The notes: generated by a model from the sequence alone, not told the origin. Shown: positions 37,989 to 51,745, counted from the first letter of the whole stretch. The stretch is DNA of 63,175 nucleotides, filler included, from Rhabdomonas costata (GCA_019059605.1; 20 parts of 20 records of this genome joined end to end with filler, not necessarily neighbours in it); one strand, 5' to 3'. Made by a program: numbers and translations.

Positions 37989-40850
37989 CATCAGTGCAGC
38001 ATGAACCTCCGCCCGAAGCTTTTTCAACACGGATGCCAGCACTGGACAGGAGAAAACCAAGTGCGGCGATGCCAGCAGTCGGCTCAGCTGTGGCCACATC
38101 TGGAGCGCTTGTCGCGCCAGCTTCGCGTCCAGCTCTCGATCAACGGTTCTCATCACCTGAGCCAACAACAATGGCCAGACGTGTCTGGGAAGGCGGGGAC
38201 GGTTCTTGCGCAGCAACGCAGCGGCGACCAGCCTGATGTCATCCGACATCGATGATCCCAACACACGCTTCACTACCTCTGGTAGGGCATCCTTGGAGAA
38301 TGTGCCAAACACGTTGAACACGGGCGATAACCAGCGGATGTAGAAGCCATCCACATGTTCCAGCCGATGCATCTCTGTCTCTGCCAAGAGAACCATAATG
38401 GCGTTACCGATACCAACCTTCCCTACCGCTTTGTAAAGCTCCGGAGCCCTCTGCGCATACCGACTCCGTGACGCACGGTAGGTACAGCGCCTCACAAAAT
38501 TCCAGTGCTCCCGCAGCCTTGCATAAGGAGCGCGCGGGCGCTTCAGCCCAACGTCACCAACACATGGCTTTCGTCAGGAACGGTGACAGAAGGCAGTACA
38601 CAAAATAAACCTTGGCAGACAAACACTCATCCACCATAGGGAGTTCTAGGACTTTCTGCACGATGCACCTGTAGGAGAAAGGCAGCAGCGGCCGCATTTC
38701 CAGCATCAGCTGCGACACCTGGCGTGCTGTTTTGACTCTAGATGTCGCACAGCATTGGAGAAGCTTTTCTAGCCTTGCAGCCGTTTCTGCCCACTCCTTC
38801 GCCACCGCCGAATCACGGAAGGCTGCCCCCGTGCAATCAGGGGGACAAAAATTGGCCACAGCTCACTGCTTGCCCTGCGCGGTGGTCAAATGGCAACGCC
38901 ACCGCATTCCCAGACTCCGGAAGCATCTGTGCTGTAAAGAGTCCCGCGGTGCTGTCAGCTGCATCGGAGCCTCTTTTGCAGCAGCAGAAGAATCCACCAC
39001 AGAGATCACACATGTTTTCTGAACCTCATTCAATCCAAGCTTCAATTACGCGAGTGGGAGGTCCAGACTCACTTCACAACTCAACAGGACGAATCGAGCC
39101 GCATGCTCAGCAACCGTTGCACTTTCACCGAGCACGAATTCCGTTGGTGGCGCAGCCACTTCACCACAGCTCACACCAATCCAACACACCACACTGCAGC
39201 ACAGCGTTGCAGCCATCCAGAAGCCCAGCCGCAACTGCAGCAACGCCATTACTGAGGCCGAAACGGCCCATAATTCCTCCGCACATACACAACTGAGCTT
39301 GTTCTGCAGCATCAACTCCACGCAGGCCAATATCTGCAACGCAGCCGCTTCCTCCTGAAAGGACAAATCGCTTTTCTAAACCCAAGCGCACACCAGACTG
39401 TGAGCAATACGACCACATAGATCATGACGGTCCAAGATGTCGTAGAGCCGCCATACAGCGGAGTCCACGGAGCCTAAGCCAAGCAGCAGCACGATTTCCT
39501 TAAGGCAAATTGCGTCAAACTCTACCACAGGTCACAGAGAAAACAATTTACTCCTCCATTACACTCCAAAACGTTCCTGCAAACCTGCCAGCAACTTCCC
39601 ACAACTTGGCATAGCACATGTAGCACTCCTCTCACCCACACTCACACCATGTTCTGTTTGGGATTGACCTGCACCCACCATTCAATATATTTCATCCTCA
39701 TCAGCAGTCCTCACAGCATTCACTTATGCCGATCCCACGAGCGCGGCACCGTAAACCGCAGCTCGTTCGCTTTTATCGGGCTCCAACTGGAACCACAACA
39801 ATCTCTTCAGTCTCCTCTAGTGGTGGATCACAGCGTCCAAGACACAATCCATAGGCTTCGGCCCATAAAGCTTTCGCCTGCTGAAATACATCTTCCCTCT
39901 CGCAATATTTCCCCGTGAGGGCAAGAGCAACCTCAGCTTTGCGCTCTTAAGGGGCTAGTAGCCAGAAGCTTCGGCAGGATTCCTCTGGCTATCCTTCATA
40001 CCGCTCCAAATCCCACCTCGAGTAGGGCATGCTGGCGCTGCGCTGACTAAGCAGAATGCTGGCCATACCACCCATGGCATCCTCCTTCCGCTCTGCTGCA
40101 GGCGTGACGCATGCGGTCCTTGTTGTCCGCACACTTTTGTGCCCGGGCCAAACGGTGGAGGGGGATCCTGTGCGTTTCCCTAACACTGAGGCAGGTCGCG
40201 CTACCGCAGGGGCTGCTGTTGTTGAGGATGACGAGGAGGAAGCTGGCGTCTCACCGGCCTGCAAGGTATGAAAGGCTGCTACAACTTCCACGTCCTCGTC
40301 CTTCTGTGTACCCATGACAGGAACAGCGGACCACGCAAGCAGCTGTTTCGGCTTTTGCCATGTCTTGGATTGACCTGCAGCCATCAAAAAACTCAGGGTT
40401 CATTGATGGGAGGCAGGTACAGGAGCCGTCCCGAATGATTTGGGCTTCGGCGTCGTCGTTCTGGGTGCAGCACGAGCAACGGAGGCTGCCGCGGCCACCG
40501 CAGCTTCCATGCCCTTTTTTCGGGCTTCACGGTTTTTTTTTTGAATGATACTGTCGGTGGTGGGGAGGAGCCCTGCGGCCGCATTGGAACAAAACCTGCC
40601 ACACTTTGCCGCAGATAGTCCCCATCCGAGGTGCAAAGCGCATACAGCTCAAACTCCTTTGCCTGCAACAGCAGCCACAGCAGGTCCCAAGCATCCAACA
40701 TTGCTCGCCCGTTGGTGGTGTCCCGCAGCGTACAAGCATAGCACCCATGCTCAATGGATCCGCAGAGAACGCATTGCTGCGAGCACTGCTCCCCGACGCC
40801 AACCCACGTGCGTTACAAATGCTGCTGCACAGCACTAGTGAGTCCACGCC
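37989..40850 (-). pseudogene. Chain of interrupted intron-less ORFs: decayed gene or transposon remnant
   Basis: Consecutive protein-like minus-strand segments (40701-40393, 40387-39989, 39366-39046, 38859-38554, 38495-37989) are separated by stops and frameshifts rather than by clear splice sites. Confidence 0.3.
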
Positions 40851-41145
40851 AGCGAAAATGTGAAAATTGCAGCGGAACCGCCATCATGTGCACCCACAAA
40901 CACGAGCACGCGCTTTCTCTTACCTATACTACTAGCCCAGTCGGACGCCTGTTCAACAGGCTTCTTCTTTCTTTTTATTGCGTTGGTTGCGGTTACAGCC
41001 TTTCACTTTCAATCCAGCAAAGGCCTCAAACCACAAAACACAACANNNNNNNNNNNNNNNNNNNNNNNNNNNNNNNNNNNNNNNNNNNNTTAATTAATTA
41101 ANNNNNNNNNNNNNNNNNNNNNNNNNNNNNNNNNNNNNNNNNNNN

Positions 41146-41288
41146 TTTCAGTGTGGGCCTTGTTGGATCAGGTTGAGCTCATGTTTGTCCGATGTTTGCA
41201 CAGAAAGCAGAAAGGCTTGGGCCCTTATTTCCACGCAAACATCGGACAAACATGAGCTCAACCTGATCCAACAAGGCCCACACTGAAA
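41146..41288. repeat. Perfect 54-bp inverted repeat at a contig start
   Basis: Arms 41146-41199 and 41235-41288. Confidence 0.9.
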
Positions 41289-41404
41289 CGAAAACGCTTC
41301 CGCCCACGGGATTAGATCGAGCTAAAGCTCCCCGCCGTCCCCGCCCGAGAGAACGCTTGCCTGGGCCGGCTCCCCTCGAAGCTGAACAGAAGCAAGTCTC
41401 GCAC

Positions 41405-43043
41405 CTCGTGCTCACTGGGAACGGCCGCGGAGTGCGCGCTCTGGGGCGGAGAGGGGTGGGCGGCTATCGTGACCGCCTTCGAGCCCTTAGCGGGGCGCTG
41501 CACCGCAGTGCTGCCCTGCTGCTCGGTCTCTGAGATGTCCGTGTCGTCCAGGGAGACCACAGAGATGAGGGTCGTGGTAGCACCCGGAGGGGCGGGCAGC
41601 GTGGCCCGGAGCTGCTCAAGGACTTCCAGCATGGCCTTGGGGAGGTCGAGCTTCACGCGGGGGTTTGTGCCGTGGGTATGAATGAAGTGCAGAATCTTGT
41701 CGTAGGCTTCTGGAATGTTCCCTTTGGAGAAAAATAAGCCTAGTTACACTCCGAAATCGAGAACTTAGTCCGTACGTTCCGAACTGAAGTCTTTTTGGCG
41801 TGTTTTTATGCCGCTGTGCTCGGGTAGTATGTGCTGTGTCTTGGTGAATACGCTTGGTGTAAACTCTCGATTTACGGCGTAGCCTGCTATAGCGGTCTGG
41901 TGTTCAAGGAATGCCCTCTAAGTGGAAGAAATGCAAGCATTGACGCGCACAGCACGTCACCTGTGAGCGCAAGGAATCAGCTAGCGATGCCCGCTCAGTT
42001 GAACAGAAAGCCGTGAAGCTTACACTCCTCAACTCAAAAAAGGCCTCGCCGTACATTTTGCAGAGAATTATTTAGCATGATAATAACGCCAGTTTCTAAC
42101 TGATCTGATGCGATTTGACGAGGACCACGAGGACCGAAGCAAGAACACTTGAGCGAGTGCAAGACGAAATGGCTCTTTGAGGGCGCACCGGCATAAAAAC
42201 TCTCCGCACATTGCTGCCACACGTAGGAGACCAGCTCCTCCCGCGGGGCCTTAGCCATCGACGGGGAGTCGAAAAGGTACAGCCACTCCCCTGCAGCCCA
42301 GAAACGTAACCAAGACAGGAGGTCGGAGTACCAAAAAAACAACCAAAGGAAAAGCAAGAAATGTAGTGTCAGACAGCGGCACCATCTGGTGAAAGGAGCG
42401 TAGTCGCAGGATACGCCCAGGAACGTCTAGTGCGGCGGCGTTATTTGAAACAAATATACTGCGCTGCAAGCTGCACCATGCCGGACCAATATAGTGACAG
42501 TGCCGATGCTTCCTTAGGCTTCACGGCAAAAAAAACAAGACCAACCAATACGGGGACAAGTCTCTTGGCTCCGGTGCGAAAGGATGAAGCAGCAAGGAGC
42601 GGCATATCATAGAAGTCTTATTTGTTCAATGGTGCCAATTTCGTTGTTCCAGAATTTGAAGAGTTCAATTCGTTACTAAATCGTGAATAGTAAACGCTAT
42701 CATAGGGTTGAATAGCCGAGGAATTAGAAGCCTCGGAGCGGGTGGGCAATATAAATACCAGGGGCGCTACCGACCTCCGCAGCTGCACTTGGAGCTGAGG
42801 GCCCCTGCTGCCTCACGGTCGCACCTCCGCTAAGCCGCTATTTGCAAGTCGTGGTGAGAGGCACGTAGACCGCATCCCCCCGCCATCCTCTCCACACACG
42901 CCGACCTTCGTGCTCCTCCCGCAACACCACCGCCTCCGAGACCAGCTCGTACACCCGGCTGCGGCGCTCGAAGGCCCCCGAGCAGCGCACGACGTCAACC
43001 AGAAAGAGGGCGTCGCGGGACCCCTGAAGCTGGACCTCCTCGT
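41405..43043 (-). CDS. Class III cyclase-family protein, end of cyclase fold plus C-terminal tail; paralog of 51746-53163
   Basis: Exons 43043-42906, 42290-42189 and 41721-41405 give DEEVQLQGSRDALFLVDVV...VYELVSEAV...GEWLYLF...WQQCAESFYAGNIPEAY... The motifs and intron positions are the same as in the gene at 51746-53163. Confidence 0.65.
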
Positions 43044-43489
43044 CTGAAGCGCGAAGCAAAATAACCAAATCCATGGAGCCGCGCGAAGCCGAAATGGCAG
43101 TGAAAAACAAAAGTACAAGCCCGGGACAAAGCTCATTTGCCCTAAAAAAAATCCTTTGTCGTTGAAAAGGCCTCAAAAAGATAAACATAAGCCTGATCAT
43201 ATCTCGGCGTACCGGATCGAATGGCGGATCGAATAAAATTTTGAGGTCTGAATGGTACTCCTGAGATGATTTTGTTGACTGCTACTCTTCCTTTGAGCAG
43301 TATTGCCCAGACAGTAGCAGATAAGGCTTCATTATGGAACCTGGACATCATTCAGATGCAGGGCTTCATTCCCATTCCTCATCCTCACGCTGCTACCCGG
43401 TTTACCAGGGGACGCTACTCACCAAACCTGACCACACGGATACGGCAAGATTTTTCAAGCGTTGGAATAAGTGCCCACACCTGCATAGT

Positions 43490-43900
43490 CAACAGTTAGT
43501 TAGAACATACGGGTTAACGGTTTGTTAGTTAGTTAGAAGATTGCAGAGTAGGTTTGTTAGGTGTGGTATCGCTTCGTTGCTGAGTGGAGCAGTGGCTTCA
43601 ACAGGCAAAAAGCTTACATGGGATCAGCCCATCCATACATCCTGGAGACAAGAATGTCGTTGTGTGCGAAATGAAAGGCACAGCGGGACCTGTCAGCACC
43701 GTGGTGCCGTAGTACGTGTTCATCCGCAGAAGCACGCTGACTCTGGGGATAATTTCCCCAAGAACCTTCGCAAATACGGCGGGAGAAGAGAAGAGGACTG
43801 CTGACCGACGAAGTTCCTAGCTTAACCTTACCACCCAGCCAGCCAAACAGCCTTTCGCATTCGCCTCCTCACCCTGGTGATCCCCACCAGGACACCCTCG
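43490..43900 (-). mobile_element. Degenerate 3' end of a non-LTR retrotransposon (ingi/I-like)
   Basis: Frameshifted SSSLPPYLRRFLGKLSPESACFCG...VPL...R resembles the C-terminal LR.G.S..L..Y..R...C.CG....H....CP zinc-knuckle region of LINE ORF2. CTAA-repeat tracts follow on the minus strand. Confidence 0.4.
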
Positions 43901-44026
43901 CTGCTGTTTGGGTGTTCTCTGGCATGAAGGCGTCGAGCGGGCGTTACTCAAAGAACCTTTTCGTCGTCGTCATCGATGTGGTATAACCGCGCAAAAATTA
44001 AGTGTTGCATCTTGTCCGAGATTGTA

Positions 44027-44189
44027 TCAAGCCGACAGGTTGAAGCCTTGGAGGTGATGCCAGAAATGTTCAATAAGTAAATCTTAAGCTCGCCACAGGG
44101 TACTCTCGCGGAGGGATCGGAACAGCAAGCAAGATTTACTTATTGAACATTTCTGGCATCACCTCCAAGGCTTCAACCTGTCGGCTTGA
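44027..44189. repeat. Perfect 59-bp inverted repeat at a contig end
   Basis: Arms 44027-44085 and 44131-44189. Confidence 0.9.
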
Positions 44190-44301
44190 CACACCCCACC
44201 NNNNNNNNNNNNNNNNNNNNNNNNNNNNNNNNNNNNNNNNNNNNTTAATTAATTAANNNNNNNNNNNNNNNNNNNNNNNNNNNNNNNNNNNNNNNNNNNN
44301 G

Positions 44302-46254
44302 GGGTTGGGGATCGTCACCGCGGCCACGCCGGGCTCCCTGGCGCGGGCCGCGGTGACGATCCCTAGCCTCCCCTTGAAGCCGCCTTGCTCGCCGGCATCC
44401 ACCAGGCCGGGCACGGGGTTTGGGGGGATCCCCCTCAACGAGCTCTTTGACGACTGCGACACTGCGCCAGGTTCGTGAGGAGACACTCAAGGACTTTGCC
44501 ATTCACTTTTTACTGGAGAATTTGCGAGTTGTGTGTGTTACAGGGTCGCTGTACTTTCAGAATCGGGGGCAGTGCTGTCAGCGTTGCGTACGCTGCTCCA
44601 AGTTTTTTTTTTTGCTTTTTTTGTCTGCGCAATGCACGGTCGCAGTCATGTTAGCTGTAGTGGGGTTCTCGAGGAAACACCCACGTAATGGAATGCATCA
44701 CTGTATGCACATTTGTAATGTGTGGAGTGTTCGTTGTCATGCCTGTCGGTGGTATTCTAAATGTCCGCTTGACAAGAGAGATGCGTAAGTTGGACCACCC
44801 GTCCCGAAGAATCGGAGGCAGTCCATACCAACCGCTCATATTTGGCGCCGAAAACTGACGGGTTCCCCGAAACGGTGTGGCAAAGACTGGGTGATGACCA
44901 AGTGCTTGAATTCTCTCACATATGCGCACACTTCCTTTCCTGATGCCTGTTAATATTTTTCCGTTGCAGCGGTAGGACAGCCGATCAGCTCCGGTTCCTT
45001 TGAGGGGATCAAGGAGAGCGATCTTCCCCCAGGAGGCCTGGTCCCACTTTCCCTTCCAGGCACCAGCCCTCGCAGGACCACTGCCCCGCAGGTCCCCTCC
45101 CTGCCCACGCGGCGCCTGGATTTCTTGTGCGCCCCGTCAGTGCGCGACTCTCGCGAGCTGGAGGCTCTGCAGGTTGGGGCGTGCTTGCACCTTTTCCTCT
45201 GGCGCCGCTCTCTCTGTGCTGCGGTAAGGTGGATAGCAAGTAGATATGTCTTGTCCTTCCCCTCAGTTTCTGTCATGAGTTGGGGTGGGGTGGGATGGCT
45301 CACTCTCTCCATATATTTTCCCCGTCACCTCAAAAAAACGGCACAACCGAAAAGAGTGTATTCTATTCAGGCTTCTTTTTTTGGACTTCGAAGCTAAAAT
45401 GGGGTGGTGAAAAAACTACCCGGTGTCCGGGAGTTTTTGGCTCTTAAAATTGTTTTACTCCTCTGTTGGTCTCGAAATTAGTGTTTTTGTGCTACTTTCA
45501 CCTGGGAGTATTGCTGTATCACTGGGGCATGGTAGCATCGCCAAGCTTGAGGAACGCAAGACAAAAACAGGTAGTTTTGACCTGCAGGTTTTTTTTTCTC
45601 TTTTTGGCCTGTTCGTTGTGTCTACCCCAACCTCTGACTTTAGACGTTGGCCGTATCTTTGTATTTCAGGGATATGCTTTTTTTGATCGAAAGCGACCGA
45701 AGGGTCGTGAGTGAATTTCAAGGATCACGGAACTGCGGCACAGGCGCAGGAGTTCGGCAGAAAACAGACATGGTCCAAAGGAACGGCAATATGGGTGGAA
45801 TGCGAAAACGGCACGCCAGAGATGATTGGGCAGGGACCTGCTGAAGTGGGAAAGTGAAGAGGGCAAATTGAGCAGGCTGTGGTGAAAACGATTGAGTAAA
45901 ACCCGTCGAAGAAGGAAGAGAGGGGAATCGGAAGTGTGAACTTGTCTGCCTGTGTGTCTGCTGAACCGTCGTGGGTTGTCCACCCCGTTTGTGCTGGATG
46001 TCCCTGAAGTCTGGGCGTTTGTTTAAAATCTGAAATCCTCTCAGATGGATACTCAGCGGAAGAGCTCCGCCAGCCGCATCAGCCCCCGTGGAGACTCCAC
46101 CTGCCGAGATGACCCTCGCGGGTCGAAGCCGGTGCTCAAGCTGACCTCCCTTGTCACACCGATCTCCTCGGCTCGTGGCCCCAGGAGGTCGCCCAGCCCA
46201 CTGAACCGCGCGAAGATAAGCTCCCCCCTTCGACCCGGGCTGCGCTTCGCGTGA
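44302..46254 (+). CDS. Pro/Ser/Arg-rich low-complexity protein, 3' three exons
   Basis: Exons 44302-44470, 44970-45172 and 46045-46254 (stop TGA) are phase-compatible with GT-AG boundaries. Confidence 0.65.
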
Positions 46255-47895
46255 GAGTTGGGCCATAGACTCGATCCTTTTTTCGCTTCGTGGGCGCCCT
46301 TTCTGTTTGCTCACTGCAGTGATTTAATGGCTGCACAATCTACGGCGGCGGTGTTGTATTGTACCTGTGCACGTTGACTGGTGACTGTGCCGTGCTTTTT
46401 CGTATCGTGTGTCGTGTATCATGTCAGATGTACCATACGGGTAGGGATAGGGCTTTGTACAGGTTTGTTCTTGTCTGCGGTGTTATGCGTTAGCACGCGT
46501 CTACATACCTCCGCGCTTGCTTGAGTGGGAGTGGGAGGAGTGGACCTCTTGACCCCTTGCTGACTGTAGTGCGGCAGTGTCGCGAGCAAGCCACGGGTTT
46601 GTGGTAACTTCGGGGAGGGGAGCTTTGTTCACAGTCTTGCAGGCTCTTTCTCTTCCTTCAGCGGCTGCCGTTGTATTCCGCACATTCCCTCGAAGGAATG
46701 TGACCACTTCGGGTCCTTTTGCCTTCGTGTGGCTCGTGTTGGGATGGGCTCTTCCGCCTGGCGGTACTCCTTCCCGTCACCTGTACCTTCCGTGCCCTTG
46801 GCTTCCAGTGCTCGGGCGTCGTGTCTTCTCGTCGTGTGTGATCCCCGAGCTGTTTCGTGTGCTGCCCCCCGTTTTTGCATAGGGCAGATGATACTGTTGC
46901 GTTTGCTCTTGCAAGATCTCCTGTAAGTGTTTTCACTGTCTGCTGGTTGCTCAACTCATTTGCTGTTCATGCTTTTTTGAGAATTGATAATGGCCACCGC
47001 CATGACAAGTCCCAATTGCTCTCAAATGTATCCAAAACCGGGGTTAGTCAAAGTCAAGAGGGAAATGAAGGTGCATTGCAGCTTCGGGGGGGTTCCTTTG
47101 CCTGCTGCCGGCTCAGTGGACACTGTCTTTCCTGAAAGGGGGCGTCTTCTGGTTTTGGATACGGCAGCCCTTCCACTTTGTTATGCAGCCTATGCCCCGA
47201 CGGTTTGGCGGTGTGCACAGCATTTGCGTGGCCGTATAGTGTGATCGTAATATGATGTGATCGCATATGTTTTTCGCTCTCATTCGATTGAATCGAATAT
47301 CTGAGCCACTTGCTTTCTGATCCTAGAACCCCACAAACCCCAATCACACCCAACACNNNNNNNNNNNNNNNNNNNNNNNNNNNNNNNNNNNNNNNNNNNN
47401 TTAATTAATTAANNNNNNNNNNNNNNNNNNNNNNNNNNNNNNNNNNNNNNNNNNNNGGGGGTTGGGTAAACAGAAATGGGGTGAGGACGTGACAGAGCCG
47501 TATGCAACTCAACATTCGAGCTGACATTGGAACAGCTCTGGGACTAAGCAAACTTCATCCACCGAGGAGGCACTTACGAAGCCAGATAAACCTGCAATAA
47601 TTGGTTCTGGCCCTCAGGCAACTTATCTGGACGAAAAGTAGCGCGGTAAGGGAAGGTTGAACATGGGCCCATGAGGTGGTTGCCACTGCAGTCAAAGCGT
47701 GTCAGAGGGAATGCGCGAAGTCCACTCCACTTTCTGACTTCCGACAGGCAAGCTGGGACACTGCCTTTTTCCATTTTTTGATGTGACACTGAAATCCTCA
47801 TGCCCACAAATAATGGTATAGATATGTCACGACCTGACAGTCCAGAGGGGGAAGAAAAGAGCACTGCCGAGGGGGGCAGAAGCACTCATGCACAC

Positions 47896-49940
47896 CTCAC
47901 TACCCCAATTAGGGAGGCGAGCTTGACGGAAGCCGAGTCCTCGGATTCCTGGGAAGAGACGGAGGAACTAAGAGAGAGAAATACTATCGTGATGTTTTTG
48001 GGGAGTTGAGCTTGCTAAGCCCGTGCCGATATTCTGAACCCCGCACACAGCAGTGCGGGATTTTGTCAGCGAATTTCCGTCCTGAACAGGGGGACAGCCA
48101 CGTGCGACAACCGTTCATTCTGAGCTGAATGGATGGATACTTTGGACTGTCCCCATTTGCTTTTCAGAACAGAGGTTCTATAGATAGTGCCACTCTCCCA
48201 ACCTCTCAACAACATTTCCCGACCCCAAAAAACAACAGACTCACAAACCGCGGCGCCAAACGCATTGGAGGCCGAAAAACTTATCGGAAGGGCTCGGCAA
48301 AGCTCCTCCAGCCGCAGCTGCAGAAGTTCAACCTGCAGGAACAGAAAAGGGAGTCTGGAAAAACTACTTGCACGGACCCTGTCCATCTCGGTGTTTTTGT
48401 TCATCATTTCAGCTTGTCCCTGGACTTTTGTGCCAAAATCGCGGCCGCAGTCCGACGCCAGCACAAGGAAAAAAGGCTCCCTTTACCACCGGTCCCCCGT
48501 AAACCTAAACTCCATTGGCGGGTCCCCCCCCCCGTTGGCAACAGGCCAGCGTTAGAGGGTGTTTGTTGTGTTGGGAGGCTTGTTGACTGTCTCCGCTACC
48601 CTGAAAGATCTAAGGTGGGGGGCGGAGGTTCAAGGCAGTTAGCGGTGCTTAAATCGTGAGAGACGGTTACATTCACCCACAGACAGAACGCGGCACCTCT
48701 TGACTGAACATGAAAGTGTCGTAAACGCGCCGGGGCCACGTTCTGGGGCTGCCCCCGGGAACCAACTTGCACATCTCTTCCAAATTGGGGGGCGGCTTCT
48801 CAGGTAGGGGCGAGGTTTCCAAGGGAAGCCTTGCATACGGAACGTATCTGCAAGCAGGAGCAGCGGAAAGAGAAGAGAAGAGAAGAAAAATGAGCCTGGG
48901 TCTCCTGCAGTCACTTATCGTTTTGGGCTGCTCTGACCCACTTTGTGCAGGACGCGGAAGATTCCCAGCGTTGGGAAAAAATGCTAATTTGGGAGACTAA
49001 ACAGACAGAACCTCGTCTTCCACCCTTCGGCCGCAGGAGCACCTCTTCCCTCACATATTTTTATTTCTTTGGCCTGCTGACTTCCTCCTGAACGCCGCCA
49101 AGGTTGGCGGCGCTCGACGGACCCAGATGGCGCTAGATGGCACCAGATAGAGCTAAATGGCGAGAAATGCTGCCAGAATGCAGGTGGGACGCTTGTTTGT
49201 CGACGGCACGAGGTGAGACGAGCTGGATGGCGCGGGTGGCTTTTGCAGATTCGCCCTGAATCCCGTTGAATCCCTGCTGCATAGGTTTTCTCGCTAGATT
49301 TCCTGCTCTCCCACCCTGGACAAAAGTAAAGATGTTCTCGCCGCAATACAGCCTGCCGTGCCCACAATCTCACAACCTTTTGTTGTTCATTTGGGAAAAG
49401 GCGCTCTGGGGGGTTGAGCTCGGACCAAGGGGTTGCACTCGCTATTGAACAGCAAAAAGCAAATATCCATCGGGTCTTGGGTTTGTTATCGAGAGGTCCT
49501 GCAAAGGATCTGTCGCAGGGTCTCTCAAGGTCTCCAAGCCAAATCACAAAGCACACCTTTGGCACGGATGAAGACCCGTGACAATGAGTTTCCCTTTGAA
49601 GCACCCAGGGAGATATACCTGCGCACAAAAATGAAGCGAACGACCAGCAGAAAGCAAAAAGTTAGGAGGCTTTTTTCTTCAATTAGAGCCAAACCTGGGT
49701 GCCGTTGAAGCAGCACACAGTAGGAGGCCCTCGCCGAAGGCGCTGCACCTTCAGGTCCTCCAGGAAAACCTCCAGCGGTGGAGGCGGCGCGGGCAGCTCA
49801 ATGTAAGCAGAGAGGTAAACCACCAGGGAGAAGGGCCGAAGAGTGAGGATCCGGAACACAGGAGCAACAGTGAGCACAACAAGAAGCAAAGCAAAGACAA
49901 TCACCCTCCGGCGACTCGGAGTGGCTTTAAATTTAAACAT
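47896..49940 (-). CDS. Hypothetical type II membrane protein, 5' exons
   Basis: Exon 49940-49749 encodes MFKFKATPSRRRVIVFALLLVVLTVAPVF... (basic residues plus a signal anchor). It is followed by 48332-~48262 (VELLQLRLEELCRALP...) and a probable exon 47967-47896. Confidence 0.45.
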
Positions 49941-51745
49941 GAGATCCGAGAGCATGGGAGCAAGAAATGGGCAGCTGAAACCGAAATACAAAAGACACGA
50001 AAAGGAAGAAAGAAATGTTCTTTCACGTGCTGCGGCGAAGCAACCGAGGCAACAGGCCGGGGTTTTTTGGTCGCACCCCAGTAAAACAGACACCGCTGCT
50101 CTGAGTGGCACACCACCTGAAGACATTTTCTGTATTTCCTTTTTTTCGAGTGCTGTTTCCCGGGAAACAAAAGCAGTGGGAGGGAGACGTCAGCTGGGAG
50201 GTTCACAACTTAGGATGAAAGGAAATGTTTTTATGCAAGTCATTTTAAGTGAAGAATGAACTAAGAGCATTTCATGGAACTTGAGGACATTCAAAAATGA
50301 GAAAGACAAAACTTTAAATATTGAAATGAATCAATGCATTCTATTTCGATTTCGAGAAAATTCTCCTTTCTGGATGGGAAGTCTTATTTTAAATGTTCAA
50401 GTTATCTTGAATGACAAAATCCGGAATGGAAAAGGTCGGCTCGCCATTCTCTTGCAAAATGTAACATTTGGAATGCCTCTAAGTCCCACCACACCAAACA
50501 CACCCACCACNNNNNNNNNNNNNNNNNNNNNNNNNNNNNNNNNNNNNNNNNNNNTTAATTAATTAANNNNNNNNNNNNNNNNNNNNNNNNNNNNNNNNNN
50601 NNNNNNNNNNTGTGTGTTTGTGTGAGTGAGTGAGTGTGCGAGGCAGTAGAGAGTAACGTGAGACAGCGAGGCGAGAAGGGGGTGGGGAGCCCGGGGGGGG
50701 GGAAGTGAAACGCGATTCTTCCCCACACAACCGCACTACCCATCCGACCTAATCTCGTAAACTTCTCGTATGCAGCTGCCTCCGATTCGCATTTCAGCCA
50801 ATCATGTGGTCCGTTTGAAAACTGAGTGGATCCAACTGCAGCAGCAGATGCATCAAAAATGGGACGACAAATAATAATCAATACGTATAACGTGTTTTGA
50901 TGATGAGGAGTGCTCGTTGAAGCAGGATCGAGTCTTCGGGATTGCGCAGCCCTAAACTAGTTCGGCGACCGCTGATTTCGGTTTCGTGGAGTGCGACCTG
51001 CAATGTGTGCTGTTGTTTAGGTAGAGAAGAACCTGTGGCCTTGCATTTAAAAAGCATGACAACGCGAGCTGGACTGCTCCGTGGATCCCTGGAGATGGTG
51101 GTGCGTCGGTTTGAAAGCTGCAACTTGAGTAAGCCACACAGCAACAAAGCAGATGGCAACCGGCAACCTGAAGCAAACCTTGAATGTAGTACCACGCAGT
51201 AAAGAGCAACAAGGGCGGAAAAGAAAGGCATACAGCAGAACGCAGGGCCTAGCTCATTGTCTCTTCATGCCACCATCGCGCCCATTCATTGATTACAACG
51301 GGTTCAGGGCTTTCCACAGAAATCCTCAACCTGCCGAAATGCACTCATCATGCATATTTGCAGATTAATTTGAAGATGCGGAGAGGGAACTGAACATGAG
51401 AAAAAGAAAAGTGGCAATGACCAGCGCGGTCAACAAACCACCAGATCAAAAACTCTCAGCATGCTCTAGCACGGAGAAACACGATGCAGGCTGGGAAAAA
51501 GACTTAGCAATCATGATTCATAAGGAAGGCGATGCATACCAAGAAAACCTAGAAGGGTACTAGCACCCACTCCCTCCGCACCGCTTTCCAGTACCGATGG
51601 GGCGATTCCCCATATGGTCCATGAGGGGGTGATAGAAAGCAGCGCAACTGAAACCAACGGGAGAGATACCCAGCTGATGTTACCGCGTGGGCTACCCAAA
51701 CACTTAACGACGCAGACGCCTGCTCTCCGAAACAAACCCAGCTGC

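Noticed and set aside
48262..48286. Possible third GA donor (CC|GATAAG, minus strand)
   Set aside because: An in-phase GT donor exists 24 nt further on (GC|GTTTGG), so GA is not required.
3940..49628. Long ORFs from the track, such as 3940-4716(-), 18100-18753(+), 26364-27008(+) and 48984-49628(-)
   Set aside because: They have no recognisable motifs, have intron-like composition, or are shadow frames of real exons.
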